Origin: Patescibacteria group bacterium
GTDB lineage: Bacteria; Patescibacteriota; Microgenomatia; JAMCZE01
Reading direction: 5' to 3'
Assembly: GCA_023380635.1 (NCBI GenBank)
Contig: JAMCRP010000001.1
Location: 173,305-237,304, forward strand
Length of the DNA stretch: 64,000 bases
Positions 18,409 to 28,395 of this stretch are shown here, in pieces. Both the position numbers and the translations under genes were made by a program. The notes beneath the pieces are model-generated. The model saw nothing but the letters and a program-made list of their open reading frames with translations. It did not search any database and had not been told where the DNA came from. Every line of letters begins with the position of its first letter. Position 1 is the stretch's first letter.

Positions 18409-21400
18409 TTACTTGGGAAGCTCGCTGTCGGGGACCAGCTGGATAATTACATACTTGTCCGTTTGAGCCAGAAGCTTGTAAGGGTAGAACTTTTTATTGG
18501 TGACGGGTTTGATTTCCCAAACCGGCCACGCGTCAGCCATGATCTTTTTAGTCTGGTCGTCCAAATTAACGCTGACATAATACTGTGCTCCTTCATTTAT
18601 CAATTTATCAAGGCTCCCGTCCATGATCGGCCAACCTTTGCGGTCAGTTTGGTAAAGAAAGGCGGTATCGCCGTCATAGGGCGCAATTACTTTGGCCCGC
18701 CAATCCGTCAGCTCCCGAACTCTCTGCCCGGCTTCGACAATTTCCGGATGATTGATGTTGTAATAGTCTTTGATAAAGTACCAGCCGAAAGCCAGCATGA
18801 ACAAAACAGTAATGACTGCCAGAATTTTGCTCCGGAAATTTTGTGATAGCAGAAAGTCCAGTCCCATGGCAGCCAAAATTACCAGCGAGGGGATAATTAA
18901 AATCTGGTAGTAATCATGCCGGACATTGCCAGTCGCAAAAATAGTTAAATATAAAAGACTGCCGGCAAACAAAACCAGAGGGAAATATTTGTACTTGCCG
19001 GCGGTATTTCTTACCAACCCAAGACCAAGTAAGATCAACCCCCAGTATCCCAAAATTTCCCGTCCGATCCGGTCAGCAAAGATCCAATACCAGAAAGCTC
19101 CTTTAAATCTGATCCCGTCACCGTTAAGCAGCCAGTCGTTGGCCGGTATGCCAGCCGGATACTGCTGCATCCACCAGCGCCAGAGAAGTAATGGCACCAA
19201 TGAAATGATCCCGAAAAGACCTAAAATCGCCCATTGTCGCCAGTTTAAGCCGAATCCCACTAACCAAAAGTAGGCCAAGGGAATCAACAGAAAAGCTGCA
19301 TAAGGTTTAATTAGCAAGGCGACAATCGCCAAAATCAGAGCCAGAACAAGATATCTTTTCCTTTGGGAGAAAACATAGGAACTGGCAAACCACAAGGCCC
19401 CAAGCGAGGCGGCTACCATCGAAGGATCAGGCAAAACGGTCCTGCCGAAATAGATATTGTACGGTAAAACGGCAAATAGACCGGCGGCCAGGTAGGCGAT
19501 CCGCCGGGACAAAAACCGCCGACAGAGCAGAAAAATAAATACTGCTCCAATTGCCGTCGCCAAAGCTGAGGTAAGCCGCCCAGCCGCCTCTACGGTCCAG
19601 TCGGCTAGTATCCGGTCAACAAAAAGTGACGCGGCATTATATATGGGGAACTCCACAAATCTTATACCCAGCGGATTGGGTTTTCCCGAAGCCATGGAAG
19701 AAAGGTCGTCGTATGTCGGATACAGCCAATTAATGGTTTTGTTGCGCAAGAAATCCCGGGTCACGGCCGAAGTATCCGCCTGGCGCCAGGAATGCCAGTC
19801 GGCAATCGGCGAATTAATTTTGTAAGTCCGGATCGACAACGCAACAACTGCGATAACCGCCACCCAGAGAAAATCGGACAACAGAAACTTTTTCACCCGG
19901 GCGAGGAAATTTTTGAAAGAAAATTCAATTCGTAGCGGTTCCATATTCGTCTTAATTTTTTCCCGGGTTAAATAAAGTGACCCAAGAGTCATCCCGGACA
20001 CCCCCCAGAAGACATAAGCAACCTTACTGGATTCGAAAATATCGATCATAGTAGCGTTTACCAAAAGCCCGCCGATCAGGCCGATGAAGCCGGCAACCAG
20101 CGAATATAAGAGCGGATCCCGTATCCCTCCAAGGCTGCGAAATGCGATCCAGGCCATCACTAATAAAGTTCCAAAAAAGGCCGCGAAACCTAAGAATCCG
20201 GTTTCTCCCAAAGCCCGCAGATAGTCATTGTCCGTCGATTCTCCTTCAGTATAGTCATATTTGTTTGCCTGGCTAAGGGTTGCATAGCCTTTTCCCAAAA
20301 GCGGATCCATCTCAAAACCGGCAATCGCCCGGGGCCAGGTCGTATCAAACCTGATACCGGTAGACAAGTCGAACATTAAAGCGTTTTGTGAATAAGTCCT
20401 TTGTGTCGGCACTAAAACCGTAGCTCCACTGGCAGTCTTTTTCGGCATTAAAAGGGGGATTTCGTTTCCGGTGACATCACTGGGCTTCATTGGTGTTGGC
20501 GGCTGGTCAGAAGGAGTCGTTACCGCCGCGATATTATTTTCCAAAAACGTGGCGTTTTGGGTCGGGGCATTGCCGGCAGGCCTTAACAAAATTTCCCGCA
20601 CAGCAGAGAACCTGTCAGCAAACTTAAAAAGAGTCAGAAATCTTGAAGACAGGTCTCCGAACGAGAGCATTAATAAGATACTTAAAAATGCCGCCGCTGC
20701 CCAACGGCTTACCCCCCAACCCAACCCTTTTTTAAAGGTCCAAAGAAAGATAACCACCGACAGCCCCAGCATATATCCAGCAAAGGAAATCCGCGAAGCC
20801 GTAAGAATTAACAGCCAAAAACCTCCGGCCAGAAGCAAGACAATCCCCAATTTTGCCAGCTTATTCTTTAAACCAAAAAGGAAACTCCAGCAAAGCGTCA
20901 GGGCAATCACCAGATACCCGGCCAGGTCGTAGTGCCCGCCGAAAGTCGAAAGAACCCGGGCGTGAGCCGTGAGATATAACCACCAGCCTTTGGCAAATTC
21001 CCGATTCATTGTGGAGAAAGCCGGCCAATACAGATATTTTTGTCCGTAGCCATAGATAATCACGCCCAACAGGGTCAGAAAAAATAGTCCCAGGTATATT
21101 TTCAGCGCCTTCATAGATCTTATTGAAGCAAAGAAAACGAAAAATAAGGAAAAGTACTCGGCCCGGCGCAGCCAGTGCAGGAAGGTTTTTCCGGCAAAAA
21201 GATATTGCAAGGGGACCGTCTGGATAATAAATATTGCCGTGATTACCGAGAGCAATCCGATGACTAAATATCCGATCAGCCCAAGTGAAACGGCGTTAAA
21301 AACAAGTTTGATTTTCCGGCGCAATATCCAGAGCAGAAAAATCACAATGGTCGCCGCCACAAAGAAATCTTCAAGCCTGACTCGAACATTGTAACCGTAC

Positions 21401-21510
21401 AAAATGTCAAACAGCGGCCACTTCGGGTAAAGAGGAATAAAAACCAGCAAGAATCCGGCTAAAACCGCCAGAATATTATTGTCCAGCCAATGCAGCCATT
21501 TGGCTATCAT
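18409..21510 (-). CDS. fusion: O-antigen-ligase/O-OST-like (Wzy_C) domain plus ArnT/PMT_2-like GT-C domain
   Basis: N-half RVLSTFGG, LTASR, R..TW..A....PLLGKGY, TDNDYLRALGETG; C-half ADWHSWRQADT, EFPIYN, GRL, IYFGRTVLPD, HDYYQ; one continuous 1033-aa frame. Confidence 0.8.
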   Translation of the reverse strand: MIAKWLHWLDNNILAVLAGFLLVFIPLYPKWPLFDILYGYNVRVRLEDFFVAATIVIFLLWILRRKIKLVFNAVSLGLIGYLVIGLLSVITAIFIIQTVPLQYLFAGKTFLHWLRRAEYFSLFFVFFASIRSMKALKIYLGLFFLTLLGVIIYGYGQKYLYWPAFSTMNREFAKGWWLYLTAHARVLSTFGGHYDLAGYLVIALTLCWSFLFGLKNKLAKLGIVLLLAGGFWLLILTASRISFAGYMLGLSVVIFLWTFKKGLGWGVSRWAAAAFLSILLMLSFGDLSSRFLTLFKFADRFSAVREILLRPAGNAPTQNATFLENNIAAVTTPSDQPPTPMKPSDVTGNEIPLLMPKKTASGATVLVPTQRTYSQNALMFDLSTGIRFDTTWPRAIAGFEMDPLLGKGYATLSQANKYDYTEGESTDNDYLRALGETGFLGFAAFFGTLLVMAWIAFRSLGGIRDPLLYSLVAGFIGLIGGLLVNATMIDIFESSKVAYVFWGVSGMTLGSLYLTREKIKTNMEPLRIEFSFKNFLARVKKFLLSDFLWVAVIAVVALSIRTYKINSPIADWHSWRQADTSAVTRDFLRNKTINWLYPTYDDLSSMASGKPNPLGIRFVEFPIYNAASLFVDRILADWTVEAAGRLTSALATAIGAVFIFLLCRRFLSRRIAYLAAGLFAVLPYNIYFGRTVLPDPSMVAASLGALWFASSYVFSQRKRYLVLALILAIVALLIKPYAAFLLIPLAYFWLVGFGLNWRQWAILGLFGIISLVPLLLWRWWMQQYPAGIPANDWLLNGDGIRFKGAFWYWIFADRIGREILGYWGLILLGLGLVRNTAGKYKYFPLVLFAGSLLYLTIFATGNVRHDYYQILIIPSLVILAAMGLDFLLSQNFRSKILAVITVLFMLAFGWYFIKDYYNINHPEIVEAGQRVRELTDWRAKVIAPYDGDTAFLYQTDRKGWPIMDGSLDKLINEGAQYYVSVNLDDQTKKIMADAWPVWEIKPVTNKKFYPYKLLAQTDKYVIIQLVPDSELPK

Positions 21511-21515
21511 TTTAT

Positions 21516-22112
21516 TTATTGAAATAAGCGGGCCCGGCCCAGTTTGTAGTGTAAGTCTTTATTTTTTCGCTCTCCTATTTTAACAGCCGGCACCCCTCCG
21601 ACAACAGTCAGTTCCGGCACATCTTTGGTCACCACAGCTCCGGCAGCAATTATCGCTCCGTTACCCACTTTAACTCCAGGCAAAATAATGACGCGCGGGC
21701 CGATAAAAACATAATCGCCGATTTCGACAGGCGCTTCGATTGGGTCAAAGCCCTCGGAAGTAGTATCATGCTCAGAGTTGTAAATCATTACCTGGGAAGC
21801 GATATCGGTATGATTGCCAACAGTTAGTTTGTCCCGACCGTCAAGAAAAGCATGATCGCCAACAATTGAATCTTGCCCAATAGTGATATTTTTTGGTTGG
21901 AAGAATCTGGCCCAGGTATGAATGGTGCTCCCTTCGCCGATTTTTATGCCGGCCAGAGCATAGAAGAAATGCCGAACAAACCTGCAAGGAACCTGACCGA
22001 CACAATTTAAAACCATCAGCTCAAAATCCAGACAATAATTGTAGAAGCGGGTCACAATCTTCGGCCAAGCCTGGCTAAAACTTAAGTTTTTTCCGTATTT
22101 GTCTTTAAACAT
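21516..22112 (-). CDS. hexapeptide-repeat (LbH) O-acetyltransferase
   Basis: IGDYVFIGPRVIILPGVKVGNGAIIAAGAVVTKDV..VGGVPA. Confidence 0.92.
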   Translation of the reverse strand: MFKDKYGKNLSFSQAWPKIVTRFYNYCLDFELMVLNCVGQVPCRFVRHFFYALAGIKIGEGSTIHTWARFFQPKNITIGQDSIVGDHAFLDGRDKLTVGNHTDIASQVMIYNSEHDTTSEGFDPIEAPVEIGDYVFIGPRVIILPGVKVGNGAIIAAGAVVTKDVPELTVVGGVPAVKIGERKNKDLHYKLGRARLFQ

Positions 22113-23178
22113 TTTTAAGCACTTCCAGCGTTTGTTTTGCTGTGTCTTCCCAATTATACCGTTTTACCAGTTTTAAACCAGCTTTGATCTGGTTTTTGCG
22201 CTCAGAATCGCCCATTTCCAGAACTTTCTCCAAGGCCGAGCGGATACTTTCAACCTCATATGGATTCTCGATATAAATGGTACACTCTCCGCACACTTCC
22301 GGAAGCGAAGACACTCGGGAAACCACCACCGGAACCCCTGTCGCCATTGCTTCCACCGCCGGAATACCAAAGCCTTCATACAAGCTAGGTAGGACATAAG
22401 CAGCCGCCCCTTTCATCAAACCAGCCACTTCGGTATCAGGAATATATCCTGTGAATTCCACTCTATCACCGAGCTTGCTGGCTATTTCGAAGACATCCTG
22501 ATACATCCACCCGCCTCGGCCTTCGTTTTTCATGCCGCCGATCACCAGTTTAATATCCTTATCTTCCAGCTGACCAAAAGCTTCAATTAAGCGGACCAGG
22601 TTTTTGCGCGGCTGAAGAGTTCCCAGATAGAAAAAATACTTATCCTTCCTGGCCGGTTTTACTTTTTCATTAAAGCGAGCCTGATCATACCCTAGATGGG
22701 TAACCACAATTTTCTCCGGCGGCAGGTGGTAAAGCTGGACAAGGTCGCCTTTGGTCGCTTCGGAAATGGCGATAACTTTTTTAGCCTGCATCGCCGAAAG
22801 CCGCGTCCAGTACTTAAGTTGGTACAAATCTTTTTTCTTGAAGTACTGGGGGAATTTTTCAAAAGCCAGGTCCATCACGGAAATCACTGACGGACACGAT
22901 AGATATAGCGGGGCATAGTGTGTCGGAGTAAAGAGAACATCCGGAGGATTAGCTAGTAACCTCTTTTGTAAACCCGTCAGCGTCCAGAGGTTTTTGGGCC
23001 CAAAAACCTCATAAGGCAAATCCGGCATCTCCGGCAAGGGCGGATTTTCTAAATACACTTGGAATTTGGTGCTTGGAGTTTGGAATTTTACGAACTGCTT
23101 AAGCAGTTCGTAAGCATACTGCCCCACCCCGACCCGGTGGGAGACATTGGCTTCGTTGCCGTTTATGCCAATAGTCAT
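22105..23178 (-). CDS. GT4 glycosyltransferase (MtfB-like)
   Basis: GTLQPRKNL, PSLYEGFGIPAVEAMATG. Confidence 0.92.
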   Translation of the reverse strand: MTIGINGNEANVSHRVGVGQYAYELLKQFVKFQTPSTKFQVYLENPPLPEMPDLPYEVFGPKNLWTLTGLQKRLLANPPDVLFTPTHYAPLYLSCPSVISVMDLAFEKFPQYFKKKDLYQLKYWTRLSAMQAKKVIAISEATKGDLVQLYHLPPEKIVVTHLGYDQARFNEKVKPARKDKYFFYLGTLQPRKNLVRLIEAFGQLEDKDIKLVIGGMKNEGRGGWMYQDVFEIASKLGDRVEFTGYIPDTEVAGLMKGAAAYVLPSLYEGFGIPAVEAMATGVPVVVSRVSSLPEVCGECTIYIENPYEVESIRSALEKVLEMGDSERKNQIKAGLKLVKRYNWEDTAKQTLEVLKNV

Positions 23179-23197
23179 ATTTCTTTAATTCTACAAC

Positions 23198-24298
23198 TTA
23201 AAACTTTCCAATCGGACCGGTATTTTTCAGAATTATCCAGTGGGTTCGAGACAAGAATTCCAGTCCAACAATTGTCAACCATAAGTATACCGGCAGAACC
23301 GTGGCTCTCAGCCAACTTTCGCTAACTATTTCTCCCACAAAAAGCGCCGGACCAAAAAGTGCCATCGTCAGATAATAGGACGACATGTGATTGGGCAAAA
23401 AATAAAACGGCGCAGCCGCAACTATAAACCAGACCCCGGATAAGAGGAGAATTCTCGCGTGCGGCTGTCTGAGCGAAAAATAACGCATTAAGCCGATTGT
23501 CATCAGGAAAATCAGGACCAAAAATAGCCAGAGAATGACATTGCCAGCTTCGAACCGAACACCCTCAGGCAAATTTAGCCCGCGGAAAAGATACCATCTG
23601 GCTGTCACCAACACCCGGCCACTTAAGGAATAACTATAATCTGAAACCCGCGGCAACCCAATAATCTTCAGTTTGGCCACAAAATAGAACCCGGCCAGAA
23701 CAAAACTGCCAACAAGTCTTTTCGACCAGGAACCGAAATGCCAGCTCAGGACCAGGAAAATAAAGGGTAGGGTCAATGCCAGCTCATTTGAAAAGATCGC
23801 TAAAATCGTTACCAGAAATGTCGCCACAGTTGCGGCAATTCCGGGTTTCAAATAGAGATATGCAGCCAGAAAATAAAACAGGGCACCTAAACTGAAATAC
23901 GAGGTCGCAATCCAAAAAAAGTTCCCAAAAAGTGAAACGTTTAGAGCATAGACAAACGTTCCCGTCATGGCTTTTTCGCGACTTTTTAGAATCTTTTTAA
24001 GGAGCAAATAAACGACGACCACCGTCAAACTATACGCGGCAAATTCAGCAAGATGATAACCAATCGGATTTAGACCAAATAAGTTGCGAGAGAGACCATA
24101 AAAAAGCTGGATGCTTACCGGCCGGTAATGATAAACATCCGGAACGGTGGCCAACCAGTTGCCGGAGCCGGCCATGTCCATGGCAATCCGGTCATCCTGA
24201 AAAAAACGGGCGTTAAAAGAGTCCCGGTAAACAAAGGCCGACAAAAGGATAATGCCACTAAGCAAATAGACTTCCCACTGGTTAAGAAAGTGTTTCAT
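23198..24298 (-). CDS. GT-C-fold membrane glycosyltransferase (DD / YRP type)
   Basis: Multi-TM; FFQDD after TM1, YHYRPVS, FGLNPIGYH; start set at MKHFL. Confidence 0.7.
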   Translation of the reverse strand: MKHFLNQWEVYLLSGIILLSAFVYRDSFNARFFQDDRIAMDMAGSGNWLATVPDVYHYRPVSIQLFYGLSRNLFGLNPIGYHLAEFAAYSLTVVVVYLLLKKILKSREKAMTGTFVYALNVSLFGNFFWIATSYFSLGALFYFLAAYLYLKPGIAATVATFLVTILAIFSNELALTLPFIFLVLSWHFGSWSKRLVGSFVLAGFYFVAKLKIIGLPRVSDYSYSLSGRVLVTARWYLFRGLNLPEGVRFEAGNVILWLFLVLIFLMTIGLMRYFSLRQPHARILLLSGVWFIVAAAPFYFLPNHMSSYYLTMALFGPALFVGEIVSESWLRATVLPVYLWLTIVGLEFLSRTHWIILKNTGPIGKF

Positions 24299-25322
24299 AG
24301 GCTTTTGCCGTTTGCCGGGCGGTCTCTTCCCAAGAGAACTTACTGGCCTGGCCGCGGCCCTTCTTAATAAGGGCATCTTTTTTAGATTTGTTCATTTCCA
24401 ATACCGTCTCAATCTTTTCCGCAAGATCGTTTGCATCGAGAGGGTCAATATAAATAGCCGCGTCGCCGCCCACTTCGGGCATGCTGGAAACATTGCTGGT
24501 AATTACCGGACAATCGCAATTGAAGGCTTCTAATATCGGAATTCCGAACCCTTCATAAAGGCTCGGGTACACAAACACCGCGGCGTTAGTGTACAAGTCA
24601 GCCAGCTGATCGTTGGGGACATATCCTAAAAGTTTGACGCCGTTTACTGTTTCTTCTTTCTCGCCCCAACCATATTTTCCGGCAATTACGAGATCGACAT
24701 CCTTAGTTTTTAAGAGTTGATAAGCCTGGATTAGCCGGCCCAGGTTCTTACGTGGTTCTCTGGTTCCGACGGCTAAAATATAAGGCCGCTCGCTTTTTTT
24801 GACTTGCCCCTTCTTCATCGTTGTAGCTTCGTAAATTACTTTAATTTTCTCCTGCGGAATATTGAGAGTTTTCACAATATCTTTTTTGGTCGACTGGGAG
24901 ATAGCAATAACCGCATCCACTTCCTTTTTCACCCATTCGAGTCTTCTTTTTTGCGCGGCGACTATTTTTGGATGTGATGATTGCGGATATTTATAAACGA
25001 CCAGGTCATGAATTGTCGTAATTTTCTTGGCCGTCGTCGGTGGTTGAGTCCAATCAGAAGAATGAAAAACGTCGACCTTTCCGATTAAACTTTCCACCGG
25101 CAGCGTGTGCAGTTGGTTCCATAATATTTCTAGCAGTGTCGGCGGGATCGGAAAAACTTTTGTTTGCGGAAAAACTTTAAATTCTTTCTGCTTGCGAAGA
25201 CTTGCTCCAAACAAAACTAAATCATTATTTGTCTTTAACAGGCTCGTTACGAGGTTTCGGGTATAAATCCCCACCCCCGTTCCGGGAAACGCCATTTGGC
25301 TGATATCTATTCCGACTTTCAT
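24282..25322 (-). CDS. GT4 glycosyltransferase (MtfB-like)
   Basis: MKVGIDIS, TIHDL, GTREPRKNL, PSLYEGFGIPILEA. Confidence 0.92.
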   Translation of the reverse strand: MKVGIDISQMAFPGTGVGIYTRNLVTSLLKTNNDLVLFGASLRKQKEFKVFPQTKVFPIPPTLLEILWNQLHTLPVESLIGKVDVFHSSDWTQPPTTAKKITTIHDLVVYKYPQSSHPKIVAAQKRRLEWVKKEVDAVIAISQSTKKDIVKTLNIPQEKIKVIYEATTMKKGQVKKSERPYILAVGTREPRKNLGRLIQAYQLLKTKDVDLVIAGKYGWGEKEETVNGVKLLGYVPNDQLADLYTNAAVFVYPSLYEGFGIPILEAFNCDCPVITSNVSSMPEVGGDAAIYIDPLDANDLAEKIETVLEMNKSKKDALIKKGRGQASKFSWEETARQTAKAYETLS

Positions 25323-26596
25323 AAAGAGTATTTCCAGATTAACAGATTATTAAAACTTTTTTGCTCTACCAGTTTATACCCGTTAGCCTCAATTATTTGC
25401 CTTTCCAGATCCTTTGGATCGAAAATTTCTTGGACATAACGAACCAAATAGACCGTCTGGGCGCCGTTTAGATTAAAATTAGATTGGTCCATAATTTGCA
25501 AATCCGGTTTGTAGTAAAGAAGCGGGGCGGATTGAGCCAGGTTGGGCATAACGACCCTACTATTAATAGTATCCGCATACTGCGCTGCCGATCGCCAGTC
25601 CTCCCGCCAGAATTTGGGATTAAAGTTGAAATAGACCAAACTTAAAAGACTGACAATAACGACTAATCCGGCAGCGATCTTTCCCGCTCTGGAAAGCAAC
25701 AGAACAAAAGCGGGCAAAACAAATAGGAATCGGAAATATGTAAAGACAGGAACCTTAAAAGAAATTACAGCGGCTAAAAACAGCGGAGTCAAAAACCACA
25801 GCCAAAGTCTTTTTTCCTGATTTCTGGCAAGTGTCAAGAAATAACCTATTCCCACACCGCCGGTGATTAGACCATAGAGATATTTATTCTCGACACTCAC
25901 CCGGCCAAAAATAAATTTTACCGGCAGTAAGGCCAAGGTTTTTAAATTTGTCCGACCCAAAGTATCGCCCCAGGAAGTCCCTGCCGCGCTTAGCCCGTTG
26001 CCCAATTGGTTAAGTAGAAGGGGGACAGCCGGCAGCATGAACAAAATGATGACGGAAAAATATTTCAGAAAAGTTTTTTTATAGCGGGTAATGAAAAAAT
26101 ATACCGGCAGCATCAAGGCCGGAAGATAATCCGTGTACAAAGATAAAACCACAGCGGCAGCAAATGCCAGCCACTTTTTCTCCAGTAAAAAGTAGATAGC
26201 CGACGCCACCAGCATCATCGCCAAAGAATACATCCGGGCTTCTTGGGAATAATAAACCGCGAGGGGATTAACGGCTAAAAATAATGCCGCCAAAATCCCC
26301 GCCCGACGGGAAAAGAGTTTCTCGCCGATTTTGAATACCAGAAACACCGTCACTATTCCAAACAAAACCGATGGAATTCGGCTGGCAATTTCGCTGTAAC
26401 CAAATATTCCGTCCCACCATTTCAGGAACAAATAGTACAGCGGTGGATGGAAATCGCCGGGAGCAAATTTTGAAACCAACTCGCCAAACGTATTGCTTTT
26501 AATCGCCTGAAGGGTTATCGCCTCATCCAGCCAAAGCGACTGGTTCAGGTTGATCAGCCGGACAGCAAATCCCAGTAGTAAAATAACGTAAATCAC
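25319..26596 (-). CDS. GT-C (PMT_2 / GT39-like) membrane glycosyltransferase
   Basis: SLWLDEA, DFHPPLYY, RIPS, YYSQEARMYS, REDWR. Confidence 0.85.
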   Translation of the reverse strand: MIYVILLLGFAVRLINLNQSLWLDEAITLQAIKSNTFGELVSKFAPGDFHPPLYYLFLKWWDGIFGYSEIASRIPSVLFGIVTVFLVFKIGEKLFSRRAGILAALFLAVNPLAVYYSQEARMYSLAMMLVASAIYFLLEKKWLAFAAAVVLSLYTDYLPALMLPVYFFITRYKKTFLKYFSVIILFMLPAVPLLLNQLGNGLSAAGTSWGDTLGRTNLKTLALLPVKFIFGRVSVENKYLYGLITGGVGIGYFLTLARNQEKRLWLWFLTPLFLAAVISFKVPVFTYFRFLFVLPAFVLLLSRAGKIAAGLVVIVSLLSLVYFNFNPKFWREDWRSAAQYADTINSRVVMPNLAQSAPLLYYKPDLQIMDQSNFNLNGAQTVYLVRYVQEIFDPKDLERQIIEANGYKLVEQKSFNNLLIWKYSL

Positions 26597-27453
26597 TTGT
26601 ATTTTTTTTCTCCAAAAAATGACAGCAGGACGCTGGTTTCAACAGCGCCGTTAAAAACAAGTTTAAAAATAAAAAACTGCCAGTCGGGTAATTTAAGAAC
26701 CGCCCAAAAGGGACAATAGCGGAAAAGGTTGTAAATCCGGCGGATTATGTTCTTTGTCAAAAATTCATTTTTTCCGAACCACCGGGCCTGTTTCCAAATC
26801 TCTGGCAAAGTATCCGGGCTTCGGTGATAATAAACAGCGCCTTTGGCAGCTACCGGATACGCGTTCAGTTTTTCCGCAATAGTCCAGTCATCCGTATAGC
26901 CGACATTGGTATCAAAACCGCCCATGGAAAGAAATTTTTCCCTAAGAATCGCGCGAAAAACTTTGTTCCTTTCTTCATCGGCCTTTTCGCCTTCCAGTTT
27001 CTCCAGTAAAGTTTTCCCGAATTTATATAAACCAGTGGCTTTTGCAGCATATCCCCGCGGATCCATTTTATCGACGCTTCGACCAAAGTTCAGATTCCAA
27101 TACCTGGCCAAGGGTTTATCTTTATTAAGAAGATATTCATCTTCACTGTATGTCCCGATAGCCTTCCCGCTCACTATCGGAGCGATCAGCTTTTCCACGA
27201 AATCCGGCGCAAACTCCATATCCGCGTCTACAAAAACCAGAATATCTCCTTTTGCTTTGCTGGCCCCAAAATTTCTGGCCGCTCCCGGTCCCTTGTGGCT
27301 TTGTTTGTAGGTTGCGTATTTTACTGAGCCATCCGTAGAGCCATCATCGACAACAATTATTTCCAAAGGGATGGTTTGCTTGGCAAGGCTGGCCAGGCAA
27401 TTTCCGATAACCTCTTCCTCATTAAATATTGGTATAATAACCGATACTGTCAT
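26593..27453 (-). CDS. GT2 glycosyltransferase
   Basis: SVIIPIFNEE, VDDGSTD, GPGAARNFG, FVDAD. Confidence 0.92.
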   Translation of the reverse strand: MTVSVIIPIFNEEEVIGNCLASLAKQTIPLEIIVVDDGSTDGSVKYATYKQSHKGPGAARNFGASKAKGDILVFVDADMEFAPDFVEKLIAPIVSGKAIGTYSEDEYLLNKDKPLARYWNLNFGRSVDKMDPRGYAAKATGLYKFGKTLLEKLEGEKADEERNKVFRAILREKFLSMGGFDTNVGYTDDWTIAEKLNAYPVAAKGAVYYHRSPDTLPEIWKQARWFGKNEFLTKNIIRRIYNLFRYCPFWAVLKLPDWQFFIFKLVFNGAVETSVLLSFFGEKKYK

Positions 27454-27474
27454 CTATCTAGATTGTAGCATTCT
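27454..27474. promoter_or_regulatory. 21-bp divergent promoter gap
   Basis: Minus strand TGcTACAAT 8 nt before ATG 27453; must also serve the plus-strand ATG at 27475. Confidence 0.5.
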
Positions 27475-28395
27475 ATGAATTGTTTAGTCACCGGAGGAGC
27501 AGGATTCATTGGCAGTCATCTTGTTGACCGATTATTATCCGACGGTCATGAAGTTACAGTTATTGATAACTTCTCAACGGGCAGACCGGAAAACCTCGCC
27601 GGAAAAAAAGTTGAAATAATTAAGAGAAGCATTTGCGATAATCTGGATCAAATTTTCGAAAATGAGAAATTTGAGGTAGTTTTTCACCTGGCTGCTATTC
27701 CGCGGGTTCAGCTCTCCATAAATGACCCCGTCAATACCCACGAAACTAATATCAACGGCACTTTTAATCTTTTGCTCACCTGTCGGAAGTTTAATGTAAA
27801 GCGGTTTGTCTTTTCCTCCAGCTCATCAGTTTATGGTGACCAGGACCGTTTACCGCTTGTCGAAACAATGACCCCGAACCCAAGTTCACCTTATGCCTTG
27901 CATAAGCTTGTTGGCGAGCATTATTGCCGCTTGTTCCGGGAGCTTTATGGCCTGGAAACTATCAGTTTGCGTTATTTTAATGTCTATGGTCCCCGTCAGA
28001 ATCCAGATGGCGGTTACGCTAATCTTATTCCCAAATTCTTCCGGATGCTCAAAGACGGCAACAGTCCCGTAATTAATGGCACCGGGAAACAAACCAGAGA
28101 CTTTACCTATGTTGGTGATGTTGTCGAAGCCAACCTTCTGGCCGCAAACACAACAAACCCCGATTGTTTTGGCCAAACTTTTAATGTTGGTGCCGGAAAG
28201 AATTACTCTGTTAACGAAGTGGCCGAAATAATTATTAAACTGACAGGCTCAAAATCCAAGGTTAGCTATGGGCCAAAAGTGGTCGAGCCTCAGAACACTC
28301 TGGCAGATATCTCTAAATCAACAAAACTGCTTGGCTGGTCGCCAAAAACCAATTTTACCGAGGGGATGAAAATAGTCTTTCGTACTCTGAAATAA
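27475..28395 (+). CDS. NAD-dependent nucleotide-sugar epimerase (WbpP/GalE-like SDR)
   Basis: TGGAGFIGSH, SSSSVYG, YALHK (YxxxK), LRYFNVYGPRQ, QTRDF. Confidence 0.92.
   Translation: MNCLVTGGAGFIGSHLVDRLLSDGHEVTVIDNFSTGRPENLAGKKVEIIKRSICDNLDQIFENEKFEVVFHLAAIPRVQLSINDPVNTHETNINGTFNLLLTCRKFNVKRFVFSSSSSVYGDQDRLPLVETMTPNPSSPYALHKLVGEHYCRLFRELYGLETISLRYFNVYGPRQNPDGGYANLIPKFFRMLKDGNSPVINGTGKQTRDFTYVGDVVEANLLAANTTNPDCFGQTFNVGAGKNYSVNEVAEIIIKLTGSKSKVSYGPKVVEPQNTLADISKSTKLLGWSPKTNFTEGMKIVFRTLK

Noticed and set aside
24299-24376. Long N-terminal extensions in the ORF track (also 57328-57411, 62855-62914, 50914-50964, 55626-55673)
   Set aside because: They overlap the upstream gene in another frame; internal ATGs near the stop/start junctions are more plausible starts.
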